Assembly (NCBI GenBank): GCA_027858275.1
Contig: JAQIDA010000318.1
Coordinates: 1-38,857, forward strand
DNA: 38,857 bases
Source: Candidatus Kapaibacterium sp.
GTDB taxonomy: Bacteria; Bacteroidota; Ignavibacteria; Kapaibacteriales; UBA2268
Direction: 5' to 3'
The notes beneath the pieces were generated by a model. That model saw nothing but the letters and a program-made list of their open reading frames with translations, had not been told where the DNA came from and searched no databases. This document shows positions 26,097-34,379 of the stretch, piece by piece. Position numbers and translations under genes: made by a program. Within the stretch, counting starts at the first letter, position 1, and each line of letters opens with the position of its first letter.

Positions 26097-26168
26097 CCAT
26101 GAAAATCAACGATAAAATTTATAGACTATGAAAATCAACGATAAAATATATAGACCATGAAAATCAAC
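26070..26168 (+). repeat. Exact period-29 tandem array (about 3.4 copies) spanning the pyruvyl transferase stop and the GT9 start; contains two 10-codon mini-ORFs (26099-26131 and 26128-26160)
   Basis: Copies: 26070-26098 AAGAAAATCAACAAAAGAATCTACTGACC (21/29 match); 26099-26127 ATGAAAATCAACGATAAAATTTATAGACT; 26128-26156 ATGAAAATCAACGATAAAATATATAGACC; 26157-26168 ATGAAAATCAAC (the true gene start). The mini-ORFs encode MKINDKIYRL and MKINDKIYRP, and each TGA overlaps the next ATG. Confidence 0.9.
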
Positions 26169-27143
26169 ATCACAGTTCTCGGAAGAATAGGCGATATGAT
26201 AATCGCGACGGCGGCGTTTCGGGCGATTAAAGAGAAATATCCCGATGCTGAATTGCACGTTCTCGCCGGAAGGCAGAACAGTTCTGTTATTGAGAACAAC
26301 CCGGATGTTGATAAAATCAGAATTCTCGACAAATCTCCATTGAAATTGATTCGATTAATCAGTTCGTTGCGAAAAGAAAAATTCGATTATTATATTGATC
26401 CGAAGGATCATCCGTCAACGGAAAGCGCTAAGTTTGCGGCTCTATCCGGAGCCAATATTAAAATCGGTTTTAATCAACCCGGAGTGAAAATTTTTGATCA
26501 CTCTGTCGCCTCCGACAAAGAAAATTATGATCTGCATTTCTCAAAGAGATGTATCAATACATTGGAACATATCGGAATTAAATCATATTCAGGAGCATTT
26601 AAACCGTATTTGTTTCCCGCGAAACAATCTCTTGAGAAAGCAGAACATCAACTCGATCAAATTGAAAACAAACCAATTGTGTTTGTCAATGTGTCGGCGA
26701 GCAATGCCGAAAGAATGTTCTCCGCGGAAAAATGGAGCGAACTAATTAATTATATTCTGAAAATTAAATATAAATCCGAATATAAAATTGTGATAAACGC
26801 CGCTCCTGCTGAAAAACAGATTGCCGATAAGCTGAAAAATCAATTTTCTGAGATTGTTGTTCCCAAATCAAAAAGTATGGATGAAGTAATTGCTTTGGCA
26901 GAAGTTATAAGCGAGCGCAATTCAAAATCGTTTATGATTACACCGGATACTTCTCTCGTTCACGTAGCATCGGCTTTCAATATGCCGATCATTGCGATTT
27001 ATAACGGACGTGATGAGGTCTTCAAGAAATTCAGTCCCTTGAGTGATAAACGAATAAGTGTCAGGGCTGCTGATAGAGAATGGAGTATTGAAGATATCGC
27101 GGTCAAAACATTGATAGAGGCGATTGATAAAATCACAATATGA
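26157..27143 (+). CDS. Glycosyltransferase family 9 (heptosyltransferase-like)
   Basis: MKINITVLGRIGDMIIATAAFRAIKEKYPDAELHVLAG (GT9 N-terminal motif) and ITPDTSLVHVASAFNMPIIAIY (GT9 C-terminal motif). Confidence 0.8.
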   Translation: MKINITVLGRIGDMIIATAAFRAIKEKYPDAELHVLAGRQNSSVIENNPDVDKIRILDKSPLKLIRLISSLRKEKFDYYIDPKDHPSTESAKFAALSGANIKIGFNQPGVKIFDHSVASDKENYDLHFSKRCINTLEHIGIKSYSGAFKPYLFPAKQSLEKAEHQLDQIENKPIVFVNVSASNAERMFSAEKWSELINYILKIKYKSEYKIVINAAPAEKQIADKLKNQFSEIVVPKSKSMDEVIALAEVISERNSKSFMITPDTSLVHVASAFNMPIIAIYNGRDEVFKKFSPLSDKRISVRAADREWSIEDIAVKTLIEAIDKITI

Positions 27144-27336
27144 TTTTGTGTTCCGTTTGAGAGACAAGGTCTGTTCTGTTGCTCTTGCGACTGAGAAGAT
27201 TCCAAGTCTGAGCAGCGAGAAAATATCTCACAGGTTTTTTTCTTCCGTTGATATTTAATATATTGATTGTTCACGGAAGTATGTATAAGTCAGAACATAT
27301 ATCTACTGACTATTCTATGTTAATAATTAGGCAAAA

Positions 27337-28176
27337 ATGTCCAAATCAGTATTAATCCCAATTGTTCACGGAAGTGAAGAAACAGAACTTGTTACTATTG
27401 CGGACATATTGCGTCGCGCGAATATTAAGGTTACTATAGCAGGTGATACAGACATTGTGACATGTTCGCGAGGGGTCAAAATCATCCCTGATATATTGCT
27501 TAAGAATGTCGGTTTGGATGTTGTTTACGATGCGCTTGTGTTGCCCGGCGGTTTGGACGGCACCCAAAATCTGATAAATAACATCTATTTACAGGACATT
27601 TTGCAGCAGCACAAAAAATCAAACAATCTAATCGGTGCTATTTGCGCGGCTCCAATAATTTTGGCAGAATTGCGAATTATGCCTGTCGGGTCTGAAATTA
27701 GCGGACATCCTTCAATAAAAAATCAACTTTCACAATATTCATATTCTGATGACTCGATTGTTGTATCAGATAATTTTGTTACAAGTCGAGGACTCGGCAC
27801 AGCTATCGAATTTGCTTTGAAGCTTGTTGAAATCTTAACTGATGCTGAAACTGTTGCAGCAATTACTGAAAGCATTTGTTGGGCAGAGCCTGAGCCGATA
27901 AACGACAATGTGCGATACAAATATCTCATAAACGGTCATGTTCAAGGAGTCGGCTTCAGATATTTTGTTTTTCATAAAGCAAAAACTCTCGGCATGGTCG
28001 GATATACTCGAAACATGTATGACGGCAGCGTAGAGGTGATTGCCGAGGGAGATCCTGCAGCGATCAAAACATTTCACGACTATTTGAAACAAGGCTCTCA
28101 GAGGTCAAGAGTGGACTCTGTCAAAAGATATGAAGAATCGAAAAATGAGAAATATTCTGATTTCACCGTTCGATAA
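27337..28176 (+). CDS. Fusion protein: DJ-1/PfpI (YajL/ThiJ-like) domain plus C-terminal acylphosphatase domain
   Basis: Residues 1-185 form the DJ-1 domain: the acidic SEETE near position 15, nucleophile elbow LIGAICAAP (Cys103) and GHP (His124). From about residue 192 (nt 27910) the acylphosphatase signatures appear: INGHVQGVGFRYFV and GYTRNMYDGSVEVIAEG. Confidence 0.85.
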   Translation: MSKSVLIPIVHGSEETELVTIADILRRANIKVTIAGDTDIVTCSRGVKIIPDILLKNVGLDVVYDALVLPGGLDGTQNLINNIYLQDILQQHKKSNNLIGAICAAPIILAELRIMPVGSEISGHPSIKNQLSQYSYSDDSIVVSDNFVTSRGLGTAIEFALKLVEILTDAETVAAITESICWAEPEPINDNVRYKYLINGHVQGVGFRYFVFHKAKTLGMVGYTRNMYDGSVEVIAEGDPAAIKTFHDYLKQGSQRSRVDSVKRYEESKNEKYSDFTVR

Positions 28177-28227
28177 TATAAATTGCATCCTTAATTAACT
28201 CTGTAAAATATTTGAATTGGTTCTGCT

Positions 28228-30948
28228 TTGCGTTTTTATTTTTATATATTATTTTTATTCCTGAGTTCCGGCATATTGATATGCTCGGATGACAACGCTC
28301 GTATTCCTATTACTGATGCTGACAGGGTTTTAGAAGAAATGTATTCTACCCGCGATTTATTCAGCGGCAAATTACCGGAGAATAAGGACTTTCGTCCGAC
28401 AATAGCTTTGGTTCTCAGCGGAGGCGGCTCTCGAGGGCTGTCTGAAGCAGGTGTAATATGTGAACTTGAAAAAGCCGGGATCAAACCGGATTTTATTGTC
28501 GGGACAAGTATCGGTGCCGTAATCGGAGGTCTGTACGCTTCGGGATATAACGCAGCTGAATTAGATTCAATTGTTTTAAATACAGACTGGGAACATGTGT
28601 TTTCTCTAAGCAACAGACAAAATCGAAAAGATTTATTTATAGATCAAAAACGTCTCAATGATCGAAGTTTGCTTACTTTGTATTTTGATGATTTTAAGCT
28701 ATTGATGCCTGAAGCTATTTCAGTCGGCAATCGTTTCAGTGAATTTTTGCAAAAGCTCTATCGAAACGCTTTGTACCATCCTTTTGCTGATTTTGATAAG
28801 ATGAAGTATCCTTTCCGAGCTGTTGCGACTGATCTGGTCAAAGGTGAATCAGTGTCTTTGAAGTCAGGCAACCTTATCAAAGCAGTGCGAGCCAGCGCGA
28901 CTATTCCATTGAGATATACTCCTGTGCGTATAGACGGCATGGTGCTGGTCGACGGTGGTCTGATGGCGAATTTGCCGGTAGAAGCGGCGCTTGATTTCAA
29001 TCCTGATATCATCATTGCCGTGAACACGGAATCACCCATGCTGGAAGCTGATGAATTAAATTCTCCGTGGACTGTTACCGATCAGTACATAACAGTCATG
29101 ATGCGAAATTACAGTGCGGCTTCGGCTCAGAAAGCGGATATCCATATTCGACCGTATATATCCGGTCATAAAAATGATGATTTTTCAGATCTTGATTCAT
29201 TGATGAACAGCGGCAGAAGAGCGGGCCGATTGGCAATCCCGGCAATTAATGAGATGATTGCAGCTAAAACCCGTGATAAATTCAAAACAAAATATCCTGA
29301 AATGATACGGGTTCTGAGCAATATGCCGTCAGCTTCGAAAAAGTATACGGGATTTAGTTCTGAAGCTTCTGACAAACTCGATGAATTCAACTATGAACAA
29401 TTTATAATCGGGGATCTGTCTTTTGAACGTGAATCTAATATCCGACTTACAGTTGACCGAGCCGGAGTTTACAATTTGTTTGCGGACACTTTGCCGATTT
29501 TTAAAAATATTGAAACAAACGGTATATATAACAGTGTCGTTTTGGAAACCGTTAATAGAATCTATGAGACACATTCCTCAGCTCGGATTACGCCCGAATT
29601 AATAGTCGAAATCAAAGAAAAAATTCTCCGATCATACAGAGCTCAAATGTATTCTTTTGCTGAGATTACTCACACGCAAATTGATTCCGCACGCGGCAAT
29701 ATCTCATTTACTGTTGATGAGGGGCTGCTCAATAAGATAAATATTTCCGGGAATCAGATAGCAAATAATTTTTTGATATCTCGTGAGATAAAATGTGAGA
29801 TAAATAAACCTCTTAATTCTGACGAATTGTTAAAGGGTTGGGAGGGATTAGTCAGCACTGACCTGTTCAACGAAATTGACGTTGAAACTGTTCGATCTCC
29901 GGATTCTTCAGGAGTTGAAATAAATATTAGTGTCAAAGAAATGACAGCTCAATCAATGAAAATCGGTGGACGTATTGATGATGAGCGAAAAGTTCAAATT
30001 GGTTTGAGTTATATCGTTGAGAATTATATCGGACTCGGCGAACGAAGTTTATTCAGGGTCGCCGGCGGTACGCGCAACCAAGAAGTGACTTCTGAGTTTG
30101 AGATACCCAGAATATTTAAGACGCCTTTGACTTTTAAGTTGAATCCATATTACAAAAGAAAACAGTTTTTTACATATACTGACAAAGCAGATGTAGCTCT
30201 AAATCATATAGAGCGGAGCCGCGACTCTGATCAAAAAGTTGATGAAAGATATGGATTGAAAGCAATATTCGGTACTCAGATACAAAGGACCGGATTGCTG
30301 GCGGCGGAGCTTAGAATGGAAAAGCAACGTTCTTTCCAACTCGGCAAGCTCGGAGATATTCCTTTCTATTCAGTAAATACTCTCAAAATCGGCTTGAATT
30401 TTGACACTGAGAACAGAGTTGATTTTCCTACTGAAGGTCGTTTCTTGAATATATTTGTAGAAACGAATATTTCACAGGGCGGTGATGCGGCCAAATTTTC
30501 TAAAGTCGAGTATAGGCATAGAACTACTACATCTTTTAGCCATATATCACTTACCGGTTCAATGTTCTTTGGCTATGCGGACAAGACATTGCCTCTTGCC
30601 GAGCAGTTCAGCTTTGGCGGTCAGGATAATTTCTTTGGATTGAGACAGGCCGACAAGCGAGGGCGCCAAATAGTTACGGCATTTTTAGAGGTCAGAGCCA
30701 AATCTCCGATTGATTTGTTCTTCGATACATATTTCTATGCTCGTTATAATATTGGTAACGTATGGGAGTTCCCCGAAGAAATAAAATTTAACAATCTCAG
30801 GCACGGTCTGGGGCTTTCAATTGCATTCGATACGCCTGTGGGGCCGGCCAAGTTCTCGCTTGGGAAGAGTTTCTTTTTTATCGCCAATCCCGACGCGGTT
30901 GTTCACGGCCCGATTCTGATGTATTTCAGTATCGGAATGAAATTATAA
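28228..30948 (+). CDS. Patatin-like phospholipase fused to POTRA and an Omp85/BamA-type beta-barrel (PlpD-like, type Vd secretion architecture)
   Basis: Signal peptide from the TTG start (MRFYFYILFLFLSSGILIC). Patatin motifs are GGGSRG (oxyanion), GTSIG (GxSxG serine) and VDGGLMANLP (catalytic Asp). The C-terminal ~350 aa have alternating beta-strand patterns and the surface-antigen-like FGGQDNFFGLR motif. Confidence 0.85.
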   Translation: MRFYFYILFLFLSSGILICSDDNARIPITDADRVLEEMYSTRDLFSGKLPENKDFRPTIALVLSGGGSRGLSEAGVICELEKAGIKPDFIVGTSIGAVIGGLYASGYNAAELDSIVLNTDWEHVFSLSNRQNRKDLFIDQKRLNDRSLLTLYFDDFKLLMPEAISVGNRFSEFLQKLYRNALYHPFADFDKMKYPFRAVATDLVKGESVSLKSGNLIKAVRASATIPLRYTPVRIDGMVLVDGGLMANLPVEAALDFNPDIIIAVNTESPMLEADELNSPWTVTDQYITVMMRNYSAASAQKADIHIRPYISGHKNDDFSDLDSLMNSGRRAGRLAIPAINEMIAAKTRDKFKTKYPEMIRVLSNMPSASKKYTGFSSEASDKLDEFNYEQFIIGDLSFERESNIRLTVDRAGVYNLFADTLPIFKNIETNGIYNSVVLETVNRIYETHSSARITPELIVEIKEKILRSYRAQMYSFAEITHTQIDSARGNISFTVDEGLLNKINISGNQIANNFLISREIKCEINKPLNSDELLKGWEGLVSTDLFNEIDVETVRSPDSSGVEINISVKEMTAQSMKIGGRIDDERKVQIGLSYIVENYIGLGERSLFRVAGGTRNQEVTSEFEIPRIFKTPLTFKLNPYYKRKQFFTYTDKADVALNHIERSRDSDQKVDERYGLKAIFGTQIQRTGLLAAELRMEKQRSFQLGKLGDIPFYSVNTLKIGLNFDTENRVDFPTEGRFLNIFVETNISQGGDAAKFSKVEYRHRTTTSFSHISLTGSMFFGYADKTLPLAEQFSFGGQDNFFGLRQADKRGRQIVTAFLEVRAKSPIDLFFDTYFYARYNIGNVWEFPEEIKFNNLRHGLGLSIAFDTPVGPAKFSLGKSFFFIANPDAVVHGPILMYFSIGMKL

Positions 30949-30995
30949 ATCCGTCTTTATCCTATTCTAAACAACATCTGCTTTCTCAAAACAAA

Positions 30996-31030
30996 AATTC
31001 CGAATGATTTTATTTGTCATTCGGAATTTG
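30996..31030. terminator. Bidirectional terminator between convergent genes
   Basis: A 12-bp perfect stem AATTCCGAATGA / TCATTCGGAATT with a 9-nt loop. The left flank is A-rich and the right flank T-rich. Confidence 0.7.
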
Positions 31031-31065
31031 ATGTTTAATGAAATTTCTGTGTTTCTTGTTGTCGA

Positions 31066-31788
31066 TTAGAAAATAAAAGCTAATCTCAATACTTCTGACC
31101 AATGAGTAACTCTCACAACATTGTAGCCGAGGATTGTTCCGAAGCCAATCAGTGAAAATCCCGCGAATTGATTGATTCTAACAAGGAATCTCTCAGGCAT
31201 TTTCGATTTATAATGTGCCAGGACTCTCACGATAACATAGAGCCATAAAAAGTTGCCGAGACCGAAACCAATCGCCAGAAGCATATTTGCAATGATCGTG
31301 TTTTCAAACAAACCAAAGCTGTGAATAAAAACTGAAAAATATGCTAATGCCGGCATGAACGCCGGATTTACGATGTTTGTCAAAGCGAGTGCTACACCCA
31401 GCAGAAAAGGTCCTTTGTGGGAAAGGCTGCTGATAAAAATTCTAAATCTGCTCTTTTTGACTTCTTGTGGTTGGTCTGTAAGACTAGATTTTGATTTCAA
31501 ATGGAGAATGCCGTAAACAATGATCAGTGCAATGATGACTATTTGAGCAATCAAAAAAATCAATGGATTATCAACTGTGAATCCCTGAAATATGTCTACA
31601 ACGGCAGACGTTGTGAATACGGCAACAGCACAATAGAACATATCTAAAAATGCGGATCCCGCCGAGAATAAAGTGCCTTGCTTCACTCGGTTATTAATTC
31701 CGAATCGCATTGTAGTGACTCCGATAGGACCTGGCGGCATTGCTAAAAGAAATCCGCCAATACTGCCGGCTATAAACGCTATCAGCAT
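31066..31788 (-). CDS. LysE/RhtB-type amino acid exporter family protein
   Basis: 240 aa with about 6 TM segments. The N-terminal helix carries the PGP motif (LLAMPPGPIGVTT) typical of LysE-superfamily translocators. Confidence 0.65.
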   Translation of the reverse strand: MLIAFIAGSIGGFLLAMPPGPIGVTTMRFGINNRVKQGTLFSAGSAFLDMFYCAVAVFTTSAVVDIFQGFTVDNPLIFLIAQIVIIALIIVYGILHLKSKSSLTDQPQEVKKSRFRIFISSLSHKGPFLLGVALALTNIVNPAFMPALAYFSVFIHSFGLFENTIIANMLLAIGFGLGNFLWLYVIVRVLAHYKSKMPERFLVRINQFAGFSLIGFGTILGYNVVRVTHWSEVLRLAFIF

Positions 31789-31830
31789 ATATACTCTTTG
31801 TTGTTAAAAAACTTCTTCCCCGAGCCGGAC

Positions 31831-31865
31831 AAATAATGTCAAAAAAAATCTCTCTGACATTATTT
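31831..31865. promoter_or_regulatory. 11-bp perfect inverted repeat AAATAATGTCA-(13 nt)-TGACATTATTT in the divergent LysE / APC-permease intergenic region
   Basis: Read directly. It lies 43-77 nt upstream of the LysE-like start codon. Confidence 0.3.
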
Positions 31866-32150
31866 TCTGAGCAGTCGTTTTATCTATTTTTTATGAATCA
31901 CACAACAAAACTGTGTAAAAACATACACATAATTTACAAAAGTTAGGACTAAATACCAAACAAACCCGGCAGAATCGTTTGAGAGATTGATTATAATTTG
32001 AACATGATTTAAGAAGACAGTGGATAGCTCCGGAAACAAAAATCAGACAGGCATACTAATCATATCATGCTAAAAATTCCGATTAATTCATTAAATTGTT
32101 TTCTGAGAATTGACTTAATTTATCGTTCAGCTATTATCAAACAGGTCCGA

Positions 32151-33596
32151 ATGGGAACTCAACAAAAATCATCTTTGCTGCCGAGACTCGGGTATTTTAC
32201 AACACTGGCTATTGTTGTCGGTGCGGTAATCGGCTCAGGTATATTCAAAAAGCCGGCATTGATGGCTGAGCAGCTCGGTTCACCCGAATTGATGATTTTG
32301 ATTTGGATCATTGCCGGTGTGATAACTCTTTTCGGCGCATTGACTAATGCCGAAATAGCAGGAATGATAACCGAAACCGGCGGGCAGTATGTCTATTTTC
32401 GGAGGATGTACGGAACTTTTATCGCGTTTTTGTACGGATGGGCATTGTTTGCCGTAATTCAGTCAGGATCAATCGCCTCGATTAGTTATGTGTTCTCACA
32501 TTACGGCGGCTATTTCTTTGATTATTTCAGATATGATCAGGAAACAGTGAATGCTTCAATGTTCCATATCCCGTTTGTCGGCAATATTTATCCGTTGCGA
32601 GACTTCGGCGAAAAGCTTATGACGATAGGCGTAATCGTGTTTTTGAGTGTTGTCAATTTCTTTGGTGTGGCTCTCGGCGGCAAAGTTTCCGGATTATTCA
32701 CATCATTAAAAGTGTTGGCTATTCTTCTAATCGTCATTCTTGCATTTATGATCGGCGACGGCTCAACCGCAAATTTCATTAACGATTCTCCTTTATATTC
32801 CGTTGGTTCGGCGGGATTGTTCGGCGGTATAATTGTTGCTCTTTCCGGCGCGTTTTGGTCTTATGACGGATGGAACAATGTCACATATATAGCGGGTGAA
32901 ATCAAGCAGCCGCAAAAAAATATTCCGAAAGCTTTGTTTACGGGAACATTGATTATTCTCGGCGTGTATTTGCTGATCAACTTCGCGTTTTTATACATAT
33001 TGCCGATAGAAGAAATGGCCGGGTCGAAACTGGTTGCGTCTTTGATGGCTGAAAAAGTTTTCGGGGCTTCCGGCGGCGCGATTATCGCGATCATTGTGAT
33101 GATCTCGACATTCGGAACGGCCAACGGTACGATTCTGGCGACTTCAAGAGTATATTATGCAATGGCTGAGCGTCAAGATTTTTTCAATGCGGCAGGGAAA
33201 GTACATTCCAAATATAAGACCCCTTATATGGCACTTTTGATGCAAGCTGTATGGGCGTCGTTGTTAGTGCTGAGCGGAACGTTTGACTTTCTGACCGACA
33301 CACTGATTTTTGTCAGTTGGGTATTTTATACAATTGGTGCTTTCGGTGTTTTTGTGTTGCGTAGAAAAATGCCGGACGTGCCGCGACCTTATAAGGTCAT
33401 CGGCTACCCTTATGTGCCGATAATTTTCGTCCTGTTCGCTTTCGCGTTTGTGATTTTCACTTTATACAATGACATACTGAATTATGTCGAAGGCAGAACT
33501 GAAATCATCAATTCAGTCTTTGGGTTGTTATTGGTTGCATCAGGAATCCCGTTTTATCTGTATTTTACAAAAAAAAGAAAACAAGAAACTAAATAA
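32151..33596 (+). CDS. APC superfamily amino acid permease
   Basis: About 12 TM segments. AIVVGAVIGSGIFKKPA (the GSGIF motif) and NAEIAGMITETGGQYVYF are typical of APC/LAT-type transporters. I prefer ATG 32151 (MGTQQKSS...) over the ORF-track start at 32067. Confidence 0.85.
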   Translation: MGTQQKSSLLPRLGYFTTLAIVVGAVIGSGIFKKPALMAEQLGSPELMILIWIIAGVITLFGALTNAEIAGMITETGGQYVYFRRMYGTFIAFLYGWALFAVIQSGSIASISYVFSHYGGYFFDYFRYDQETVNASMFHIPFVGNIYPLRDFGEKLMTIGVIVFLSVVNFFGVALGGKVSGLFTSLKVLAILLIVILAFMIGDGSTANFINDSPLYSVGSAGLFGGIIVALSGAFWSYDGWNNVTYIAGEIKQPQKNIPKALFTGTLIILGVYLLINFAFLYILPIEEMAGSKLVASLMAEKVFGASGGAIIAIIVMISTFGTANGTILATSRVYYAMAERQDFFNAAGKVHSKYKTPYMALLMQAVWASLLVLSGTFDFLTDTLIFVSWVFYTIGAFGVFVLRRKMPDVPRPYKVIGYPYVPIIFVLFAFAFVIFTLYNDILNYVEGRTEIINSVFGLLLVASGIPFYLYFTKKRKQETK

Positions 33597-33642
33597 ATAG
33601 ATCAGAGTCAAGAATAAATCAGGTTTTTGAATAAAGGAAAAT

Positions 33643-34275
33643 ATGGCTTCAGAAATAATTACGATGCATCCGGAAACTCCGGAGCTTAGAAAAATCAAAA
33701 GGGTAGCCGAGGCTTTGAAGGCCGGGGCCGTCATACTCTTTCCTGTTGATACGGGATTTAGTCTCGGCTGCCAATTGTCTAACAAAGAGGCTATTCGCAA
33801 ATTGCGTCGAATAAGACGCCTCTCGGACAAAAAAGCTTTGACATTCCTTTGCCATTCTCTCTCGAATATCGCGGAATTCGCAAAAGTCAGCAATAGTGCT
33901 TATCGTATAATCAAAGGCTTGATTCCGGGACCTTATACATTTGTTATGCCTGCTTCCAGACAGGTGCCTAAATTCGCCCAGAATCCTAAACGTAAAACCG
34001 CAGGTATAAGGGTGCCGGACAATGAACTTGCCCAGCTTCTCCTTGAAGCAGTCGGCGAGCCGATCATATCTATTACCGCAAAAAAATCTGACGATCAAAT
34101 CTTTGTTGATCCCGATGAAGTGTTTGATCTTTTCTCGAGGGAAGTCGATATAGCCGTTCGTCTCGAAGAATATCAGTTTTCCGGTGAATCAACCGTTGTC
34201 GATATGATTACTGATGACTTCTCGATAATGCGTGAAGGGGCGGGTATTGATGAGGTCCTGGAATGTATTTATTAG
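33643..34275 (+). CDS. tsaC: L-threonylcarbamoyladenylate synthase (TsaC/YrdC family)
   Basis: 210 aa with GAVILFPVDTGFSLGC, PGPYTFV, GIRVPDN and EPIISITA motifs of the YrdC/Sua5 fold. There is no Sua5 C-terminal domain. Confidence 0.85.
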   Translation: MASEIITMHPETPELRKIKRVAEALKAGAVILFPVDTGFSLGCQLSNKEAIRKLRRIRRLSDKKALTFLCHSLSNIAEFAKVSNSAYRIIKGLIPGPYTFVMPASRQVPKFAQNPKRKTAGIRVPDNELAQLLLEAVGEPIISITAKKSDDQIFVDPDEVFDLFSREVDIAVRLEEYQFSGESTVVDMITDDFSIMREGAGIDEVLECIY

Positions 34276-34379
34276 TATTTCTCAAGATTTGAAACAAAAA
34301 CCGGAACTTTTTTGCGTTTGATGTGTTATCATAGTATTGAGTATAAACAGTTGTTGCTATTGACATTTGGGGAAGAAAA

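Noticed and set aside
26070-26168. Possibility that the 29-bp direct repeats are a small CRISPR array
   Set aside because: The copies are contiguous with no spacers, the unit is not palindromic, there are no cas genes, and the last copy is the start of a conserved GT9 gene. It is a tandem duplication, not a CRISPR array.
27144-27336. Possible terminator or sRNA in the 193-nt spacer after the second GT9 gene (T-run at about 27233-27240)
   Set aside because: Only weak, wobble-containing stems (TGTTGCTC/GAGCAGCG, and 4-bp GAGA/TCTC) precede the T-run. The evidence is too thin to call a feature.
33649-34098. 149-aa ORF antisense to tsaC, and similar antisense ORFs such as 10653-11120 opposite pfp and 2640-3065 opposite the response regulator
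   Set aside because: Each is opposite a gene with strong family motifs, and none shows motifs of its own. I treat them as shadow ORFs.
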